In this document: piece by piece, positions 1 to 9,905 of the stretch | Layout of the letters: every line of letters starts with the position of its first letter | Position numbering within the stretch: position 1 is the first letter of the stretch | Assembly: GCA_963668315.1 (NCBI GenBank) | Contig: OY764216.1 | Location: 2,208,001 to 2,272,000 of the forward strand | Reading direction: 5' to 3' | Source of the DNA: Spirochaetia bacterium | GTDB lineage: Bacteria > Spirochaetota > Spirochaetia > DSM-2461 | DNA: 64,000 bases | The notes under the pieces: generated by a model | Database searches by the model: none | Seen by the model: the letters and a program-made list of their open reading frames with translations, nothing else | What the model was told of the DNA's origin: nothing | Position numbers and translations under genes: made by a program

Positions 1-1078
1 GATTAACCAGAAGTCTGTTCCAGTGAGCTTTCTGGTAATCTGATAAATAAGGCATGAAATCTTTCTCCCTTCGTCGAATTCCTCCAAATGCATCCTGTAC
101 GATTTTCTTAATTTCGTTCATGGTAAACCCGGCCGCTTGACTATGGTGTTCATATTTTCTGCCTTTTCTGTTTATACGATATGGCTTAAGAAAGTTATGC
201 CAGAAACAATAGCAGGTAAATCGATCTATGCTATTATTCATATCTCTGCCGAATTGAACTGTTTCTCTCATATATTCGGCCAGATCCTTTCGAATCTGCC
301 TGTCTATATAATTGCAGGGAAATAATTTGTTTTGATAGTTTCTTTCTGCTCTGGAGTTCGTTCTTCTATGATATATTTTGGGAGAGAGAGCTTTGTGATT
401 CTTGATCTGATAGTAATATACAGGATGTTCATCCGTATCAAGAAACACAGATTTTATGGGGGATCTATCCGCTTTTTCCGACAAGTAATCAAGGATTTCC
501 CTGAATCGGTTGGAAGCAGCTCTCTTTTCAAACAGGGCTGCTGCATAGATTTCTGATTTTCTTTTTTTCTGATTAATAGTGCAAGCACCTTTACGTTTAA
601 AATGATACGCATTGAAGGTATAAATAAATTGGGATTTCTGTCCTACCAGGATATTTACGTTTGTTGGAAAATATTGGGAGAGAATGAAGTTCTCCAATCC
701 ATCTGCTGCAACCGATTCAAAAAGTTCCAATTCGTAATTTTTCTTTGCACATACGGATGTTATGGATTTTGATAGGCGTGTGATTCGATTCGTGATCAGT
801 CCGGGAGAACAATTCATTGCCCGGGCCATATCCCTGATTCCCGAACAGCTGACCAGGTGGTTCAAAAGTCTGGGATATGATAATTTTCTATGAGTATAGT
901 AATTAATTGAAAAATAGGAAAGAGAAAATGTGGTTAAGCAGCTCCGGCATTGGTAGCGTTGAACTTTACCCTCTCTTTTTGTCGTGACAAATCCTTTTTT
1001 CCGAATCCAGGAATCCTCTTGTGGAGGGTAATTATGATTTCTGCATTCCCGATTAGGACAGTATAACTGGTCTGCCAT
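1..1078 (-). mobile_element. IS1-like DDE transposase, single ORF, 3' end outside the window
   Basis: My translation from ATG at 1078 stays open to base 1, so the ORF track omits it. MADQLYCPNRECRNH...QRYQCRSC is an InsA-like Zn ribbon, GIRDMARAMNCSPGLI an HTH, followed by AADGLE, TDEH, NYIDRQIRKD and HNFLKPYR. SD AGGAGG at 1085-1090. Visibly AT-richer than the rest of the window. Confidence 0.75.
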
Positions 1079-1084
1079 GAAATG

Positions 1085-1126
1085 CCTCCTTCTATCAAGC
1101 GCTTGCATAGAAGGAGGGTTTTTTTT
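1085..1126. promoter_or_regulatory. Hairpin covering the transposase RBS; reads as an intrinsic terminator on the + strand
   Basis: CCTCCTTCTAT-CAAGCGCTTG-C-ATAGAAGGAGG inverted repeat followed by a T-run. Confidence 0.6.
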
Positions 1127-1234
1127 GTCAGAAAACCCGAATCCTTCGGATAGACATGTCAAACAATGAGAACACTATTAGAGGTCTAAACGGGTATCAA
1201 AAATTATCGGATTTCCTGTAAAACGCTTTATTTG

Positions 1235-1261
1235 ATTGACAATAAACGGTATAATGTCAAT
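1235..1261. promoter_or_regulatory. Palindromic putative TetR operator overlapping -10 TATAAT (1250-1255)
   Basis: ATTGACA-N13-TGTCAAT immediately upstream of the tetR start. Confidence 0.5.
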
Positions 1262-1264
1262 GTT

Positions 1265-1858
1265 ATGCCCAAGATCATAGATCATGAGAAGAGAAAACAG
1301 GATATCCTCCGAAAAGCTCTGGCCCTGTTTGCCAAAGAGGGATATGCCCAGAGCAGCCTGTCCCTTTTGGCGGAGAAGTGTCATATCTCCCGTCCTACCC
1401 TGTATCTGTACTTCAAGGATAAGGACGATATCTTCCGTTACGCTCTCAAGAATTTCACCGACGATATGTTCTTCAAATATAAGAACCTGGCATCAAAGGA
1501 GGAGCGGACCACCGCAGAAGTCCTCGTCCGGATCTATATCGATATCATCGATAAATGCGGAGCCAACCGGGATTTCCTTGTCTGCCTTTCCGATTACCTG
1601 CGCCATGAGAAGCATCGGGGAAAGGATTATGACGAGCTTGTAAGAAGAAGAACGGTTAAGCTTGAATATATGCTCTCCCATTTGCTCTCCGAAGCGGTCC
1701 GTTCAGGGGAATTCCGTGATCTGCCTATCAAGTCCCTGGTGGGACAGTTTTTCCATATGGTACAGTCCTTTATGTTCCAGCTCATCCTGGGCGCCGGGGA
1801 CAACAGGGAAGGGGAGATCATACTCTTTAAGGACTGGGTGGAAAATTTAAAAGCCTGA
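1265..1858 (+). CDS. TetR/AcrR family transcriptional regulator
   Basis: MPKIIDHEKRKQDILRKALALFAKEGY...ISRPTLYLYFKDK N-terminal HTH. Confidence 0.92.
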   Translation: MPKIIDHEKRKQDILRKALALFAKEGYAQSSLSLLAEKCHISRPTLYLYFKDKDDIFRYALKNFTDDMFFKYKNLASKEERTTAEVLVRIYIDIIDKCGANRDFLVCLSDYLRHEKHRGKDYDELVRRRTVKLEYMLSHLLSEAVRSGEFRDLPIKSLVGQFFHMVQSFMFQLILGAGDNREGEIILFKDWVENLKA

Positions 1859-1873
1859 TAGACGGCCGGCCCG

Positions 1874-3205
1874 TCAGTTCTGGCCGGTGCCTTCCAGCGG
1901 ATAGAGGAGAATACGGGAGTTCCGTTTTCTGTTGTACTTGTTTTTCTTGGAAAGGGGAAGATCCTCTACTTCTCCTGTGCGAAATCCCATTTTCAGAAAC
2001 CAGTCGGATGTCTGCGTGGTGAGAACGAAAATCCTTCGGTAGCCCAGCTCGCGGCCTTTCTCCAGAAGGTAGCTCACCATTTTCTGCCCGATCCCCAGTT
2101 CGGCGAATCCCGCATCAACAGCCAGTCCCGCGATCTCCGCCTGGCCGTCCTCGAAGGCGTGAAGGGCCGCGCAGCCGTGTATCACGTCGTCCATGGCATA
2201 AACAATGTAATCCTTTATTTTCTGGTTCAGATCCTCCCGGCTGCGAGGAATCAATAGCCCCCTCTCGATCAGAGGCTTCATCAGGCCGAGAACGGCCGAG
2301 GTATCGGCGCTTTTCATGGAGCGGATGCTCTCGTAGTCGTTGGCGAAAACCATGGTTCCCACGCCCAGGTTTGAGAAAATCTCCCTCAGAATGACTCCCT
2401 CTACCGTCCCGTTGACAATATGGACGCGGTCAACACCGGCCCGGGCCGCTTCGATCGCCAGCCTGATAATGGGAAGATCCGTCTCTCTGTTCATCTGGAG
2501 CAGCTCTTCGGCGGCGGGAATGGTCAGTTTGGAGATGCGGCCGTTATCCTGACGCAGAACTCCGGAGGGGATTTTCAGGCTGCTGTCCCTCAGTATATCC
2601 CGGTTTTCCAGAAAGAAGATCTTTTTGGAGTTCAGGGCTTTTCCCAGCTCCACGGCAAGTTCATCGGAGGAGATATTAAAGGGTTCCCCCGTGCTGCTCC
2701 ACCCTATGCAGGGAAAAATCGGAATATGTCCCTCGGCGAGGATCGTTCTTATCGTCTGGGCGTCCACCCGGTTGACCCGTCCCGTGCTCAGGTAATCCAC
2801 CCCGTCGATCACGCCTATGGACCGGGCTTTGACCCAGTTGCCGATAACCGCGTTGACATTGTGGGCCGAGAGCTGTGTCATGATTTTATTGCAGACGTCG
2901 AAGGCCGCCATCTTGATAAAGGGAACTGCTTCGGGCGGGGATATCCTTATGTTGTCATGGTAGGTGCTCTCTATGTGATAGGTTTTGAGGATCTCGTCTA
3001 TCTGCATGCGGGAGCCGGGAATTATGACGATATTGATGCCGTTCTGCTTCAGCAGAGTAAGGTCCTTGACCAGAATGGGGAAATAATCGTGGCTGAGGAG
3101 GGAGGAATCGATCTTTATGACGAATGTGGAGCCTTTGAATCGGCTTATATAGGCAAAGACTTCTCTGATCTTATCAGCGTCTTCGTTTACTTCAAGTAGT
3201 TCCAT
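1874..3205 (-). CDS. argA: Amino-acid N-acetyltransferase (N-acetylglutamate synthase)
   Basis: AAK domain (YISRFKGSTFVIK, GVGTM) plus C-terminal GNAT (FVLTTQTSDWF, RNSRIL). Confidence 0.92.
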   Translation of the reverse strand: MELLEVNEDADKIREVFAYISRFKGSTFVIKIDSSLLSHDYFPILVKDLTLLKQNGINIVIIPGSRMQIDEILKTYHIESTYHDNIRISPPEAVPFIKMAAFDVCNKIMTQLSAHNVNAVIGNWVKARSIGVIDGVDYLSTGRVNRVDAQTIRTILAEGHIPIFPCIGWSSTGEPFNISSDELAVELGKALNSKKIFFLENRDILRDSSLKIPSGVLRQDNGRISKLTIPAAEELLQMNRETDLPIIRLAIEAARAGVDRVHIVNGTVEGVILREIFSNLGVGTMVFANDYESIRSMKSADTSAVLGLMKPLIERGLLIPRSREDLNQKIKDYIVYAMDDVIHGCAALHAFEDGQAEIAGLAVDAGFAELGIGQKMVSYLLEKGRELGYRRIFVLTTQTSDWFLKMGFRTGEVEDLPLSKKNKYNRKRNSRILLYPLEGTGQN

Positions 3206-3322
3206 CTTTTAATTATCGACAAAATTGTGAATTTCACCCAATAAAATTGCATCTTGGAATTTTATCCCTACAATTTATTACAGAACCTTTAAAAAATATA
3301 TACGAAAAGAGGAGATTTTTCT

Positions 3323-3913
3323 ATGAGAAAAACATTCTTGATTTTGTCGGTTTTTTCTCTGGCCGCCGCTCTCGCCTCAGCAAGGGAGCCTGTTTATGTC
3401 GACCTTACCGAAGCGAACCAGTCCATATCGGATATGCAGGCCCAGAATGACGCCGCCACTCAGCAGAACAGCGATCTGAACAGCGAGAATGACGCCCTTG
3501 AGCAGGATAATCAGAAGCAGAGGGACAGAATTGCCGAAGCCCGCCGGCTTATAGCTGATTTAAGCGTATCCCGGGGAGAGCTCTACGGCGCCCGGAACAG
3601 AACGAACGATTTGGATCAGAAGAAGAGAATCGTAGAGCAGCTGGAGAGAAACATGGCCCAGGAAAACCAGCTGAGGGAACTGATCGCCCAGTTCAACCGG
3701 AATATCGAGGAAAACAATATCAAGATGAACGCCAACAGAAAGCAGATCGCCCGGAATAACAATACCCTGGAAAGCAATTCGAACGAGATCGCCTACCTCC
3801 AGGCCTGTGTGGAGCTGACGTCGAATAATGAGAACTCCCTCGACGATATTTTCAGCCGGCAGGAGGGGAATACGAGCGCTTTCGATTCCTTTGTAAGCGC
3901 CAACGGGGACTGA
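3323..3913 (+). CDS. Secreted coiled-coil protein, paralog 1
   Basis: Signal peptide ending ALASA, N/Q/E-rich heptads, SD GAGGAG. Confidence 0.85.
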   Translation: MRKTFLILSVFSLAAALASAREPVYVDLTEANQSISDMQAQNDAATQQNSDLNSENDALEQDNQKQRDRIAEARRLIADLSVSRGELYGARNRTNDLDQKKRIVEQLERNMAQENQLRELIAQFNRNIEENNIKMNANRKQIARNNNTLESNSNEIAYLQACVELTSNNENSLDDIFSRQEGNTSAFDSFVSANGD

Positions 3914-4048
3914 TGCGGGAGGCCATCATCATGATGGCCGCAACAATCCCCGTTCCGAAAGAAATGTTTTTGCCGCAGGAAATTGCATCTTTGCCCGATT
4001 TGTGATAATAATGCTAGGACATTTTAAAACAATTTCAGGAGTATTGTT

Positions 4049-4636
4049 GTGCAGCGTTTTTTAGCGGTATCCTTTTTTATTTTTTTAATCCCCGCCCTGT
4101 TGGCGGCGCGCGTTCCGGTTTTCGTTGATATTACATCCGCGGAAAATGAAATCTCACAGAGACAGCAGTCTAATGATGCGGCTGCCGGTCAGTCAGGAGA
4201 CCTGGAAAGTCAGATTGCATCCCTGGAACAGGACAATCAGGCCCAGAGGGATAAAATAGCCCAGGCAAGAGGGCTTCTCAGTGATCTGAGCGTCTCCCGG
4301 GGAGAGCTTTATGCCGCCCGGAACAGAACGAATGACCTGGAACAGAAAAAACGGGTTGTGGAGCAGCTTACGAAGAACATGGCCCAGGATTATGAGCTCC
4401 AGGGTATGATAGAGAAGTTTACGAAGAAAATTGAAGATAATAACGTCCTTATTGAGGCCCATAGGAAGCAGATTGCCAGAAACAATCTGTCCATCCGGGA
4501 GAATGAAGAGGAGATCAATTATCTTCGCCAGTGCGTTACTATGACAGAAGGAAATGAAAATTCCCTCGACGATATCATTAGCCGTCAGAATTCCAACTCT
4601 TCGGCTTTCGATTCCTTTGTCAGCGCAAATCAGTAA
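4049..4636 (+). CDS. Secreted coiled-coil protein, paralog 2
   Basis: GTG start with SD AGGAG and a signal peptide; shares DLSVSRGELY, ARNRTNDL, NENSLDDI and SAFDSFVSAN with paralog 1. Confidence 0.85.
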   Translation: MQRFLAVSFFIFLIPALLAARVPVFVDITSAENEISQRQQSNDAAAGQSGDLESQIASLEQDNQAQRDKIAQARGLLSDLSVSRGELYAARNRTNDLEQKKRVVEQLTKNMAQDYELQGMIEKFTKKIEDNNVLIEAHRKQIARNNLSIRENEEEINYLRQCVTMTEGNENSLDDIISRQNSNSSAFDSFVSANQ

Positions 4637-4652
4637 TAAGGCGGCCGGTTAA

Positions 4653-6113
4653 ATGAGTGTTCGTGTAAGATACGCTCCGTCCCCCACGGGACTGCAGCAT
4701 CTGGGAAGTGTCAGAACTTTCCTGTTCGACTATTTCTTCGCCCGGGCCAACGGCGGGAAATTCATTCTGAGAATAGAAGATACCGACCAGTCCCGTTTTA
4801 ATGAAGAGTCACTTCAGGACCTTTACGATACACTGAACTGGCTTGGCATAGACTGGGATGAAGGTCCCGACAAGGAAGGGGGATATGGTCCCTATATACA
4901 GTCCCAGCGGCTGGAGCTGTATAAGGAATATGCCGAGAAGCTGATCGCCGACGGCAAGGCCTACCGATGTTTCTGTACGCCGGAGCGCATGGAAAAACTC
5001 AGGGAAGAGCAGAAGGATAACAAGCAGGATTACGGTTACGACCGTCACTGCCGGAATCTTTCCGAAGAGGAGTCTCAGAGACTTTACGAATCGGGCGCTC
5101 CCTATGTCGTCAGGCTTAAAATCCCCGACGGGCGGGAGGTCGCTTTCCATGACGAGATCCTCGGAGACATCAAAAGAAAGTCCAGGGACATCAGTCCCGA
5201 TCCGGTCATGCTCAAAACCGACGGTTTTCCCACCTACCACCTGGCCTGCGTTGTGGACGATCATCTTATGGAAATCACCCATGTCTTCCGCGGACAGGAG
5301 TGGATCCCCTCGACCCCCCTGCATATTCTCATGTATGAGGCATTCGGCTGGGAACCCCCGAAGTTCTGCCATCTGCCCTTGATCATGGGCAAGGACGGGA
5401 AGAAGCTCAGCAAGCGCCACGGCTCCACCTTCGCCAGGGAATTCCGGGCCATGGGGTATCTGCCCGAGGCCATGGTCAACTATATGATCATGCTGGGGTG
5501 GTCCTATGACGATACGCGGGAGTTCTTCTCCCACGACGAACTGGCCGAGCTGTTCAACCTGGAAAGGGTGAACAAATCCCCCGCCGTCTTCGATTACAAG
5601 AAACTCGAGTGGTTCAACGGGCAGTATATCCGCAAGGCCGATCCCGAGAGGATTCAGAACCTTTATCTTCCCCTTCTGAAGGAGGAGGGTATTATTTCCG
5701 ATCCTCCCACCGAGGATGAGATGAAGCTTGTAAAGGATTCTTACGGTCTGGTCCAGGAACGTCTGAAGGTGATCAATGACGCCCCCGGTCTTCTCCGTTT
5801 TCTGTTCAAGGAAATTGAATCTTATAATATTGAAGACGCCATCCCCAAGAAAATGGACCGGGAGGGAACGAAAACCGTTCTGAAAGGGTGCCTTGAGGTG
5901 CTGGACGGTTTTGCCGGCAGAAGCGATGAAGAGAACGAGGAGCTCTTCCGGCAAAAGTCGGAAGAACTGGGTGTTAAGCTGGGACAGATCCTTCAGCCTC
6001 TCCGCGTGGCGCTGACCGGAACGACGGTCTCTCCTCCCATGTTCGAGTCCATAAGGCTCTTCGGAGCGGAAAGGACTATGGAGCGGGTAAAAAATCTGAT
6101 CGCTCAGATGTAG
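4653..6113 (+). CDS. gltX: Glutamate--tRNA ligase
   Basis: RYAPSPTG, HIGH-like HLGS, RIEDTD, KLSKR. Confidence 0.97.
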   Translation: MSVRVRYAPSPTGLQHLGSVRTFLFDYFFARANGGKFILRIEDTDQSRFNEESLQDLYDTLNWLGIDWDEGPDKEGGYGPYIQSQRLELYKEYAEKLIADGKAYRCFCTPERMEKLREEQKDNKQDYGYDRHCRNLSEEESQRLYESGAPYVVRLKIPDGREVAFHDEILGDIKRKSRDISPDPVMLKTDGFPTYHLACVVDDHLMEITHVFRGQEWIPSTPLHILMYEAFGWEPPKFCHLPLIMGKDGKKLSKRHGSTFAREFRAMGYLPEAMVNYMIMLGWSYDDTREFFSHDELAELFNLERVNKSPAVFDYKKLEWFNGQYIRKADPERIQNLYLPLLKEEGIISDPPTEDEMKLVKDSYGLVQERLKVINDAPGLLRFLFKEIESYNIEDAIPKKMDREGTKTVLKGCLEVLDGFAGRSDEENEELFRQKSEELGVKLGQILQPLRVALTGTTVSPPMFESIRLFGAERTMERVKNLIAQM

Positions 6114-6130
6114 ACAGTTTGCCTTTGCAG

Positions 6131-6165
6131 AAAGCCGGACTTCCTTGGAAGATCCGGCTTTTTTT
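6131..6165. terminator. Intrinsic terminator between convergent gltX and the permease gene
   Basis: AAAGCCGGA...TCCGGCTTT stem followed by a T-run. Confidence 0.75.
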
Positions 6166-6195
6166 ATGCCCGGTGGGTCTCCCGGGACATAACCC

Positions 6196-8025
6196 TTATA
6201 TATACCGTTTTCTACTGTTCAGGAGCATCAGGTTCTTTAATTCCGTTCCCCCTTCCAGGGTCAGCCATTTCTCCTGGAAATTCTCCAGGGAGATCAGAGA
6301 CGCCATGGAAGCCAGCGTTTTCAGGTGGAGAAGCCGTCTGTCCTCGGTGCCCCCGAAGAGAAATACCGCCTTGACTTTCTCATCCCCGAAGGCAATGCCT
6401 TCCCGGCTGCGTATGATCCTCAGGAACATGCGATCCTCCCCCTCTATGAGGATATGGGGAATAGCCAGAAAGGGAGATACCACCGTGCTGGAATCCTCCT
6501 GCCGCCTGCGGTAGCGTGCCGATACCTCTTCCTCCTTCATGCCCGTCTCCTCGGCTATTCCGGGTACCGTACTGGAAAGGAGCTCCTCGAAGGTTCCCGG
6601 GCCTTCCCAGTCAATGAAGGGGCATGTCTTGATAAGCTCGTCAAAATTGTCCTGCTCAATTTCATCACGGTGGATGATCACTTCCCTCAGCTCGTCCTCA
6701 AGTACGTTGTGAATCAGTCTGTCGTCGGTCAGTCTCTTGATCAGATGAAGCAGGGCCGATTCCCTCCGCTTTTCCCTGCGCCCGTATATCATGTAAAGAC
6801 AGAAGCTCAGGAAGACAAGGGCCAGGCTGATTTCCATGGCCTCCATTCCCATATCAATGATGAAGAAGGAAAAAAGGAGGATGCTGCCTATCTGCAGGAC
6901 GGGATAGAAGGGAGCCGTGAAGGTGGGGCGGTAGTTGGTCAGCCTGCTCTCCCTCAGAACGATCAGGGCGATGTTGGTGAGCACGTAGGAGGTCAGGATG
7001 ACGGTGGACGCCGCTTTGACCAGGGTATCCAGGGGAAGCAGAAGGGAGAGGTAAATAAGAAGACCCGTGGCAAGAATCGCCGGAGTGGGTGTTTTGAACC
7101 GGTTGTTCACCCGGCCGAAAAGGGCGGGAATGAGCCTGTCGTGGCTCAGGGACATGGGATAGCGGGAGGCGGACATGATGCCTGCGTTGGCCGTGGTGAC
7201 AAAGGCCAGGAGCGAGGATATGAGTATAACGAAGTAACCCGGTTCGCCCATGACGTTCCTGGCCGAATCGGCTACGGGCGTCAGGGAGCCGGAGAACTCC
7301 TCACCCCTCAGCGTGCCGGTGATCACAAAGGTTATCACCGTATAGAAGGCGGTTACCGTAAGAATGGATGACAGAATTCCCAGGGGGAGATTGCGCCGGG
7401 GATTAATCACTTCCTCCGAGATATTGGCCACATTCAGAAGACCCCCGAAGGAGATGAAGATGAAGCCCGATGTTATGATGACTTCATTCAGGCCGTGGGG
7501 GAAAAGGGGCGTGTACAGGGTTTTGTCTATCCGGGGGATTCCGGCTGCGATATAAATAAGGAGAAGGGTCAGCAGGCCGGTGACGAGGATGATCTGGAAG
7601 GTTACCGCCTCCTTGACTCCCACGATATTCAGAAAAACAAAAAACAGACAGAGAACCAGTCCGGAGATCAGGACATTCAGGCCGGTGAAGAGAAAGAGGA
7701 TCTCCGAGATACCGAATATGGCGAAAGCGCTTTTCAGAGAGAGGGCGAACCATCCCAGAAATCCGGACATGGTACCCAGGGCAGGGCCGAAGGTCTTGTT
7801 TATGAAGTAGAAGTCTCCCCCCGATTTGGGCATGGCCGTGGACAGCTCAATGACACTGAGTATTCCCACCATTCCCAGAAGACCTGCCGTCAGGTAGGAA
7901 AGAAAGACCGAGGGGCCCGTTCGGGCGTAAGCGAATCCGGGAAGGATAAACAAGCCCGAACTGATCATGGCGCCCGTGGCTATGCTGAACACTCCCCAGA
8001 AGCTGATACTCTTTTCTAATCTCAT
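6196..8025 (-). CDS. APC family amino acid permease fused to a C-terminal PTS EIIA-like domain
   Basis: GAMISSGLF, about 12 TM segments, EEVINP; C-terminal LAIPH and HLKTLA of the EIIA(Ntr/Fru) fold. Confidence 0.88.
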   Translation of the reverse strand: MRLEKSISFWGVFSIATGAMISSGLFILPGFAYARTGPSVFLSYLTAGLLGMVGILSVIELSTAMPKSGGDFYFINKTFGPALGTMSGFLGWFALSLKSAFAIFGISEILFLFTGLNVLISGLVLCLFFVFLNIVGVKEAVTFQIILVTGLLTLLLIYIAAGIPRIDKTLYTPLFPHGLNEVIITSGFIFISFGGLLNVANISEEVINPRRNLPLGILSSILTVTAFYTVITFVITGTLRGEEFSGSLTPVADSARNVMGEPGYFVILISSLLAFVTTANAGIMSASRYPMSLSHDRLIPALFGRVNNRFKTPTPAILATGLLIYLSLLLPLDTLVKAASTVILTSYVLTNIALIVLRESRLTNYRPTFTAPFYPVLQIGSILLFSFFIIDMGMEAMEISLALVFLSFCLYMIYGRREKRRESALLHLIKRLTDDRLIHNVLEDELREVIIHRDEIEQDNFDELIKTCPFIDWEGPGTFEELLSSTVPGIAEETGMKEEEVSARYRRRQEDSSTVVSPFLAIPHILIEGEDRMFLRIIRSREGIAFGDEKVKAVFLFGGTEDRRLLHLKTLASMASLISLENFQEKWLTLEGGTELKNLMLLNSRKRYI

Positions 8026-8128
8026 GGTACTCCTCCCACGGGCGGAACGGGACCTTTCTGTCCCGCCTATGTACTAAATATAAGAGAGCTTCCTTGAGAG
8101 GTCAAATAAAACCATTCCCTCCGGGAGA

Positions 8129-8890
8129 TCAGAAATAGAATTTGTAGACCGTATTGAGAATCGTCGCACCCACGATGACGAGCATGGCGTAGCGGACGAA
8201 ACGGGGAGGACGCTTGATGACCAGATGGGAACCGGCCAAAGTCCCCAGTACCTGTCCCGCGGCCATGACGAAACCCACTATAAAGACCACGTTTCCTCCC
8301 AACAGGAAGAAGAGCAGGGAGGCCAGGTTGCTGGTCAGATTCATAGGTTTGGTGGCGCCTGTAGCTCCTTTCAGATTCATGCCCATTAGGGTGACAAAAC
8401 CGATGGTCCAGAAAGATCCGGTTCCCGGGCCGAAGAATCCGTCGTAGAATCCCAGGCAGATCCCGAAGAGAGCCAGGAAGGGGAGGGTCTTGATCCGGCT
8501 TTTCTCTTCACGCTCGCCCATGTCCTTTTTGACGAGGGTGTAGAGGAAAACCGCCGCCAGGAGCAGGGGAACCGCTTTCTCCAGAAAGTCGGCGGAAATG
8601 CTCTGAATCAGGATGGTGCCCGATGCGGCTCCTATGAAGGTGAAAACGATGCCCGGCCAGATCTTTTTGATATCGAAGAGACCGGACCGCCCGTAGCGCA
8701 GGGTGGATGTAAGGGTTCCGAAGGGGGATTGAAGCTTGTTGGTTCCCAGGGCCAGATGGGGAGGGAGACCCACGGAGAGGAGAACGGGAATGGTTATCAT
8801 TCCTCCGCCCCCCGCTATGGAGTCGATAAAACCGGCCAGTGTGCCGCCGAGAAAGATGAATATATAGGATAACCAGGTCAGTTCGGGCAT
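8129..8890 (-). CDS. TSUP (TauE/SafE, YfcA-like) transporter
   Basis: AGFIDSIAGGGG, ALGTNKLQ, GFYDGFFGPGTG. Confidence 0.92.
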   Translation of the reverse strand: MPELTWLSYIFIFLGGTLAGFIDSIAGGGGMITIPVLLSVGLPPHLALGTNKLQSPFGTLTSTLRYGRSGLFDIKKIWPGIVFTFIGAASGTILIQSISADFLEKAVPLLLAAVFLYTLVKKDMGEREEKSRIKTLPFLALFGICLGFYDGFFGPGTGSFWTIGFVTLMGMNLKGATGATKPMNLTSNLASLLFFLLGGNVVFIVGFVMAAGQVLGTLAGSHLVIKRPPRFVRYAMLVIVGATILNTVYKFYF

Positions 8891-9072
8891 GGGGAGAGGG
8901 TAGCAGAATCCGGGGAAAGGGAAAAGAGGAGATGGTATGTTTTTTTTGCGGGGGCATAATTGTTTGCTGGAAAAAAAGGTACCTTCGGGATATAATTGAA
9001 TTGCCGAAAGGCGGATTTTAAAATATCAACCTTCCGGAGGGAGCGATTGTTTCCTTCGAAATGGAGAGTGCC

Positions 9073-9879
9073 ATGAGTTCATATAGGATAAAAAACGGAG
9101 GATTGATCCTCCTTATGGCGGGAGGGCTGCTGTTTCAGTCCTGTGAAAGCCTTTTTACTACGAATCTTTTTGCCGGAATCGATAAACTCGATCTGAGCAA
9201 AATGTCCTCCGAAGAGAAAGCCGTCGCCGTACTGGATGATCCGGAGGGCGCCCTGGAGGATCTGTCCGATACGGAAGTAGAGGAACTTCTGACCGATCTT
9301 GCCGATTTGTATAACGACACATCCGAAGACGACAGCACCCGTGAGCAGGCCGCTGCCGCCGCCGCGGCTGTCGAACTGGCCCAGGCCGGAGCGGATGATA
9401 CCATCAACAACCTGGGAGATGTGGCGGCCGATCTTCTTAATGACGACTTAACGATCAATGATGCCGGCGACCTTTTGAGCACGATTTTTTCCGATGAAAA
9501 CGGTAATCCCCTGGATCAGACGGAAGTTGAGACACAGCTGACGGCTATACTGGCCGCCGCCGCGGCTCTGGAAGTCTACGGCGATGTCCTGGGCGACGGA
9601 GGAAGTGCTCCCGCCGGGGTCAGCCCCAACGAGCTGGCCGTTACGGCACTTGTCGCAGGAATGGTAAATTTCCTGGTTGATCCTCTGGATGTTTCCGGTT
9701 CCGTATCGGACATCGCCGCGGATATCGTAAACGGCACCACAACCTCTCTTGCTGCTCTTCCCGATCTCAGTGTTATTTCTGCCGATCCGGAAGCCGCTTT
9801 GTTTCCCGCAAACGACGGCCTGGCCAACGTGGTGGAAGGATCTGATCTGATAACATCCTTACTGGATTTGATGGCTTGA
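9073..9879 (+). CDS. Acidic lipoprotein of unknown function
   Basis: GGAG precedes ATG 9073; signal peptide ends LLFQS-C (spirochete-type lipobox). Confidence 0.75.
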   Translation: MSSYRIKNGGLILLMAGGLLFQSCESLFTTNLFAGIDKLDLSKMSSEEKAVAVLDDPEGALEDLSDTEVEELLTDLADLYNDTSEDDSTREQAAAAAAAVELAQAGADDTINNLGDVAADLLNDDLTINDAGDLLSTIFSDENGNPLDQTEVETQLTAILAAAAALEVYGDVLGDGGSAPAGVSPNELAVTALVAGMVNFLVDPLDVSGSVSDIAADIVNGTTTSLAALPDLSVISADPEAALFPANDGLANVVEGSDLITSLLDLMA

Positions 9880-9905
9880 CGGGGAAATAAGGATATTACT
9901 GAACG

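Noticed and set aside
137..556. Short + strand ORFs at the left edge
   Set aside because: Antisense to the transposase
3225..3253. Possible ARG box upstream of argA
   Set aside because: Only a partial match (AATAAAATTGCA), which is also explained by the -35 of the divergent gene
9001..9072. Possible riboswitch in the lipoprotein leader (GCCGAAAGGC hairpin)
   Set aside because: A GNRA hairpin alone, with no c-di-GMP or other aptamer consensus and no expression platform
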